A stretch of 64,000 nt of DNA. Source: Ranitomeya imitator (taxonomy: Eukaryota). Below the pieces are notes generated by a model that was not told the DNA's origin, ran no database searches, and saw only the letters and a program-made list of their open reading frames with translations. The position numbers and the translations under genes were made by a program. How positions within the stretch are numbered: position 1 is the stretch's first letter; every line of letters begins with the position of its first letter. The stretch covers positions 47,988,001 through 48,052,000 of the forward strand of contig NC_091285.1 in the NCBI RefSeq assembly GCF_032444005.1, read 5' to 3'. Positions 57,801-64,000 of this stretch are shown here, in pieces.

Positions 57801-58284
57801 TAATGCAGATCATTGCTCTCCAAATTCATAATAAGCAATTCACAAGAGTGAATGAATATTCAATTTGTGCCAAAAAATAAAACTAAAGCAATAATTAACA
57901 AATTAAAAAAGAGCTGTTGAATGTTTTACACTTTTTTTTAACAATATTTGGAAAGTGCATATGTGTTAAAAGATTTCATTATGATATTGGTTATATTAAG
58001 CCACAGCTTTTTGACAGTTTTCTTTTCTTTTATTATAAGAGATTTGGAAGCACATACCTTCCTTCAGACTGGCTGGCAAATGGCTGACACAATTCATTGT
58101 AATTAATTGGTTCAGCTTGGTAGGTGGTTTTGTTTTTCTTATTGCTGTTTTTGATGCCTTAGCAAAAACAAATAAGCTGTTTACTGGCAAGTTTTGCTTA
58201 ATTTTGCTTAGTTTAATTCATTTATCCATTGGTCTCTCAAAGGTAAAAAAAATTGTTTTGTTAAATAGCTGTCGCTATTAACTA

Positions 58285-58365
58285 CCATATTTTTTGGATT
58301 ATAAGATGCACCAGACCATAAGACATACCAATGTTTTAGAGGAAGAAAAAAAATTGAGAATCTCC
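58285..58365 (+). mobile_element. Left end of a pogo/Tigger-like element
   Basis: TA|CCATATTTTTTGGATTATAAGATGCACCAGACCATAAGAC is a degenerate copy of the 45968 terminus. Confidence 0.65.
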
Positions 58366-58369
58366 AGAT

Positions 58370-59165
58370 ATACATGGCCCCAATCCCTATCCTGGTATCC
58401 ATGGTTACCATCCACATCCTGGTATTTATTGCCCCATCCTCATCCTGGTATTAATGGCCACCATCCTCATCCTGGTATTCATGGCCACCATCCACATCCT
58501 GGTATTTATTGCCCCATCCTCAACCTGGTATACATGGCCACCAACCCCATCCTGGCATACATGGCCACCATCATCATACTGGTATACATGGCCGCCATCC
58601 CAATACTGGTATACATGGCCACCATCCCCATCCTGGTATTTATTGCCCCATCCTCATCCTGGTATTCATGGCCACCATCCTCATCCTGGTATTCATGGCC
58701 ACCATCCACATCCTGGTATTTATTGCCCCATCCTCAACCTGGTATACATGGCCACCAACCCCATCCTGGCATACATGGCCACCATCATCATACTGGTATA
58801 CATGGCCACCATCCCCATCCTGGTATACATGGCCACCATCCTCATCCTGGTATTCATGGCCACCATCCACATCCTGGTATTTATTGCCCCATCCTCATCC
58901 TGGTATTCATGGCCACCATCCTCATCTTGGTATTCATGGCTACCATGCACATCCTGGAATTTATTGCCCCATCCTCAACCTGGTATACATGGCCACCAAC
59001 CCCATCCTGGCATACATGGCCACCATCCCCATAGTGGTATAAATGGCCGCCATCCCCATACTGGTATACATGGCCACCATCCCCATTCTGGTATACATGG
59101 CTGCCATCCCCATCCTGGTGTTCATTGCTACCATCCCCATCCTGGTAAACATGGCCTTTATCATG
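58370..59165. repeat. 27/26-bp minisatellite with higher-order structure
   Basis: ~29 units of CATCCTGGTAT(T/A)CATGGCCACCATCC(T/C/A), plus a 26-bp variant CATCCTGGTATTTATTGCCCCATCCT. Confidence 0.95.
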
Positions 59166-61262
59166 GTGCACACATACAAATATAAAAATGATTCTACTTA
59201 CCTTCTCTCTGCTCTCTCGCAGTGCTGCATCCTGTCCTGATGCCAGCAGTTGATTTCAGTGTGTAAGTAGTGCATGATGTCACTGTCATGCATCCTCACA
59301 TGCCAAGATCACCTGCTTTAATATTCACTATTCCCCACGCTTCAGACTATGGGCATGGGGAGCAGTGAATATTCATTCTGTTTAATAGCAGGCACACTAA
59401 TAGCCACAACCGCTGGCTTCCTGCAGCGGCTGGACAATCACGTGTGCCCCCTATTAAAGAGAATAAATATTCACTGCTCTCCACTCCCTTAGATGTGGAG
59501 AGCAGTGAAAATTCTCTATCTTTAATAGGGGGCAAACGTGATCGTGCAGCAGCTATAGGAAGTCAGCGGATGTGGCTAAGGACAGATGCCCATGATCCAA
59601 AACTAGCAGTGCTTTGGATGCAGAACACATTCGCAGGCATCCAAAGCACTGCCATCAATTGAACGCAGGTGAATTCGCATGTGCTCATTGAGCGATGTGG
59701 ATTTACCACGTTCAATACATTCTATTAATGAAATTTCTGTTGCAGAGGCTTGCGTCTCTTCAAGAGAAATTGACATGCTGTGGTCTCCTCAGGTGATCTG
59801 CGGGCGCCTGTCGACGTATAGCGGAGGTGGGATTTCTTGAAATCCCATCCATTATGCTGTAACATCTGGCCGCTGCGGGTTTGACGTTGCGTAAGTACAC
59901 AGCGTCAAGCTCACAGCAACTCTGAATCGTGGGCATATGCTCTAACACTGTGTCCGCTGCTAAAGAAAGTGAATATTCACTGCTCCCCACGCCTATAGTC
60001 CCTTCCACCTCTCAGTGCCGGCTTCAGTGTCTGAATGAGCCTGTACATCATTAGCTCTCTAATTATAATGAAATGGCTCTGCTGGCTCTTTACCGGTCTA
60101 TAAGGAAAACCTAAAAAGTGAACTGAAGAATGCAAGAAATATCATCCTATTATATGTAACGTTGACTGAAGATGAAATCGGCTCTACACTTTTCGCGGCT
60201 ATTTTTAAGCAATAAGGCCTAAAACGTGCTGGTATTTGGTAATCAAAAGCTGGTGAGTATGACTTTAGAGGAATATTATTGAACGCATCATCAAGACAGT
60301 GGAATATTACAGAAATATCACACACAATATGACAGATATATAAGATATTTATATCTACGGTGAACATAGAAAGTTTCAATAGGAATCCTACAATTTTTAA
60401 TTCTATGCCAGAACTGTATGCCTGCTGCAATTATCAGCATATGTCGATACATTTCCAAGGCAAATGCCTGACAAACATCACAGTGGTAATGCAAGAATGA
60501 AATCAGTAATGATTTCACAAAATGCCATTAAGCACATAAAAGGTGCAGATAAAATGCCTTTGCTTAGAGATATACACTGAAATGCTGAATAATGTAAAAC
60601 ATCAGAAAGAGGGGTGGTTCAGAACAGGGTTACTGAGACAGAAAAATACGCTTTCTGTATTATTTGAAACTGAACATGACATGGGTTATTGGCTGGATTA
60701 TTCTGAAATGAACTGGAGCTAGTCTGCTGTATGGTAAAGGACATTTTACTTAACCTACTTAGATTTAATGAACAGATTGCTCAAAGTCCTTAAATTACAG
60801 ACATTTGCATGTAATTCCTCCTATTATTTTATTCTATTGCATTAGTTATGTATGCATCCCGGCCCCATTATCATAGTGGTCAAAATAATCTTTACTTCTA
60901 GTGCTGCATTATTAAAGGTATAGTCAGACACTAATATTTATTTTAATCCTAAATCTGTCTATTTAATGTAATAATCTAATCTCTTTTCTAATATATTTTG
61001 ATTTGAAAAAAAAATCCCTATTTTTCATCAATGTTTTGTTTGAGAACCCCAGTGTGTGCTGGGATACTCACACAAGACGTGATCAGTCAATGCCACAGCC
61101 TCTGTCCCCACCTTGAAAAATAGCATCATCAGTGACATCCATTTTAGGGCCTGCGTTGGTCATCAATTTCCGATGTGTGCTCAACAGGATCTTGTCATTG
61201 CGCAATATTCTTTTTAATGACAGTGCACTCCCTCTCCAGGTCAGATGAGAAGTGATGAGCCC

Positions 61263-62348
61263 GCAAGCAAGCGCACTGTCAGTGCACATTGTAAGGAGAT
61301 GACCCAGCGAGCAGAGACCAACCCCGCCTCAACAAGTGATGACTCCAAGCAATCAGTGCATAATCTCTAAGAGATCTTCGATATTGATCGAAGCAATGGA
61401 TGACTAGATAGGAAAATATAGACAAACTTTTTCTTTGCAAGTTTCTCATTTGAAATCGAAGGGGTAATGTTTCTCCTTTTGGAGAGTGACATATGAAGCC
61501 TGACATGCCAAGGTAAGGAGACTGTTAAGTCGCAATGCTTCTGTGGGAAATATGAAATTGTCTCTTCAGAGAAGAAGAGGACTAGAACTCTAGTGCCACC
61601 TATAGGAAGTAGCAATCCTAAAAGTCAACACACTGTCTTCAAATTGAGATTTTGGTTTTGGCTTTGATCTCAAGTCATGTGACAAGGCTCATTAGGGAGT
61701 TGATATTGACTTTTAGGATTGTTACTTCCTATAGGTGGCAGTAGAAATGTTGTCATATTCCTCTCTGAAAAGATAATTCTCATTTAAGAAAAATTGATGA
61801 AACTCGCAAGCAAGTGCACTGTCAGTGCACATTGTAAGGAGATGACCCAGCGAGCAGAGACCAACCCCGCCTCAACAAGTGATGACACCAAGCATTTAGG
61901 GCATAATTTCTAAGAGATGTTCGATATTGATCCAAGCAATGGACGACTAGATAGGAAAATATAGACAAACTTTTTCTTTGCAAGTTTCTCATTTGAAATC
62001 GAAGGGGTAATGTTTCTCCTTTTGGAGAGTGACATATGAAGCCTGACATGCCAAGGTAAGGAGCCTTTTAAGTCGCAATGCTTCTGTGGGAAATATGAAA
62101 TTGTCTCTTCAGAGAAGAAGAGGACTAGAACTCTAGTGCCACCTATAGGAAGTAGCAATCCTAAAAGTCAACACACTGTCTTCAAATTGAGATTTTGGTT
62201 TTGGCTTTGATCTCAAGTCATGTGACAAGGCTCATTAGGGAGTTGATATTGACTTTTAGGATTGTTACTTCCTATAGGTGGCAGTAGAAATGTTGTCATA
62301 TTCCTCTCTGAAAAGACAATTCTCATTTAAGAAAAATTGATGAAACTC
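61263..62348. repeat. 543-bp tandem duplication (2 copies)
   Basis: 61263-61805 and 61806-62348 are highly similar. Each contains a hairpin with ~38-bp arms (GCCACCTATAGGAAGTAGCAATCCTAAAAGTCAA / inverse). Confidence 0.95.
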
Positions 62349-62589
62349 AGACCTAACCCGAATGGTAAAACTGACACTGACCAAACTCTGATGAAACTCT
62401 GATAAAAACACTCACAGAACTCATAAAATGCATAAGCAAATCATCGATGTATGACTGAGCCATTACAGATTAAAACATTGTTCTTCAGCCTTGATTTGGG
62501 GTGAGATGGAGCAAGATGTACCAAACTCTTTTGGAGGCTGGTCCTTTTCAATAGAGTTCATGCAAATTTATTCTCAAGGCCACATCACA

Positions 62590-63665
62590 TTTGAAATGAT
62601 TTTGAGGGGCTTATATGACAGAAAATACCCCAAAGTGACACAATTCTAAAAACTGCGCCCCTCAATGTGTTCAAAATCACCTTCAAGAAGTTTATTACAC
62701 TTTCAGGTGCTTCACAGGAGTTAATGGATTGTGGAAGGAAAAAATTAACATATAACTTTTTGTCTCAAAAAATTTAATTCAGATCCATTATTTTTTATTT
62801 TTGCAAGTGTAATTGGAAGAAATGAACCACAAAATTTGTTGTGAAATTTCTCCTTAGCGTGCCAATACCCTATATGTGAGGAAAACCACTGGTTAGGCCC
62901 ACGGCATAGCTCGGAAGGGAAAAAGAGTAATTTGACTATTTTAATGTACAATTTACTGGAATAAGAAGCTGATGCCATGTCGCGTTTGGAGAGCCTCTGA
63001 TGTGCATAAAGAGTGAAAAGTACTCATAATTGACACAATTTTGAACATTTGTCCCCACAGTGAACCTATCTACATGTGTGGTGAACACCATGAACCAGCA
63101 GGTGCTTCACAAAAGTTTATAAAGTTGAGCCGTGAAAATTTAAAAATCACAATTTTCACACAAAAATGTATTTAGCCCAAAATTTAGCATTTTCACAAGG
63201 GTAGCAGGAAAATTTGCACCATGCAATTATTTGTGCAATTACACCTGAGTACACTGATACCACAAATGTGGGGGAAAACTACTGATTTGGAGCACAACAG
63301 GATTCAGAAGGCAAGGAGCAACATTTGACTTTTTGAATTAAAATTTTGATGGAATCATTAACGAACACCATGTCGTGTTTGAAGTGACTACCTAGTGTAA
63401 CCCCTACAAGTGACCCTTTTTTGAAAATAGACTGTTCAAGGAACTTATCTGGTTGTAGTATGAGGTTTTGAAGTCATAGATGCTTATTACGTTGAACCAT
63501 GAAAATAAAAAATCACATTTTTCCCACAAAAATGTTTTTTAACCTGATTTTTTTTATCTTCAAAAGGGTATCGGTAGAAAATGCACCATAAAATGTGTTG
63601 TGCAATTTCTCCTGCGCATGCTGATACCCAAGATGTGGAGAAAAACTACTGTTTGTGTGCACAGC
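62590..63665. mobile_element. Internal region of a non-autonomous DNA transposon with ~370-390-bp subrepeats
   Basis: Block CAC(C/A)A...TTGTG(A/C)AATT...ATACC...ATGTG...AAAAC(C/T)ACTG recurs at ~62828, 63218 and 63584. Confidence 0.55.
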
Positions 63666-63667
63666 TA

Positions 63668-63800
63668 CAGTTAGGGCCAGAAATATTTGGACAGTGACAC
63701 AAGTTTTGTTATTTTAGTTGTTTACAAAAACATGTTCAGAAATACAATTATATTTATAATATGGGCTGAAAGTGCACACTCCCAGCTGCAATATGAAAGC
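63668..63800 (+). mobile_element. Tc1-like terminal fragment
   Basis: TA|CAGTTAGGGCCAGAAATATTTGGACAGTGACAC start, typical of a Tc1 TIR. Confidence 0.65.
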
Positions 63801-64000
63801 CCCCCGTCACATACAACTGATCTGACAGGCGCTTCTCTTTTACTTTCATTTATCCTTCCTCACCAGATTGTGAGGAAACCCCCTCCCTCCAGGTAGTCTC
63901 CTGTCTCTTGAAGGTCTGTGAAACCTGATATCACAGTTGGATTTCAGAGCTTCAGAGGAGAGGATATAGCTGCACAGATCTCTCAGGCTCATTGTATGTG

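Noticed and set aside
58370-59165. CRISPR-like regular array
   Set aside because: Contiguous tandem units with no unique spacers, no cas genes, and a eukaryotic context.
58294-59240. Long His/Pro/Gly-rich or hydrophobic ORFs (up to 246 aa)
   Set aside because: These are translations of the 27-bp minisatellite, open in several frames and on both strands, with frames switching at the 26-bp units.
60105-60215. Protein-like stretch ENLKSELKNARNIILLYVTLTEDEIGSTLFAAIFKQ* with a nearby GTGAGT donor
   Set aside because: An in-frame stop precedes the donor, the acceptor is weak, and no homology is recognised.
20585-62570. Several ATGCAAAT octamers (e.g. 20585, 44398)
   Set aside because: The count is compatible with chance in AT-rich 64-kb DNA, and one lies inside the L2.

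Overview
This is eukaryotic, vertebrate-type genomic DNA that is densely packed with transposable elements. The repeat repertoire looks anuran (frog-like); that is inference, not a database result. I recognise no host protein-coding gene, rRNA, functional tRNA or CRISPR array. The main structure is a decayed Ty3/Gypsy LTR retrotransposon (~4.8-13.7 kb) carrying nested insertions: a Penelope-like fragment, a solo LTR with a 6-bp TSD, and a 5'-truncated L2 LINE with an uninterrupted 810-codon ORF2. Also present are a hAT transposase remnant with three non-autonomous relatives, several solo LTRs, a tRNA-derived V-SINE whose tail matches the L2, CR1/L2 fragments, and many MITEs (Tc1/mariner, pogo/Tigger-like, PIF/Harbinger-like, TTAA/T2-like). 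There are also mini- and microsatellites, a 543-bp tandem duplication and a 196-N gap. The most interesting unannotated signals are (i) a 442-bp near-perfect inverted repeat carrying two opposed minimal type-I hammerhead ribozymes, with at least four more decayed hammerhead-like remnants elsewhere, (ii) a degenerate 7SL/SRP-RNA-derived insertion at ~39.7 kb, and (iii) a solo-LTR family that consistently makes 6-bp TSDs.
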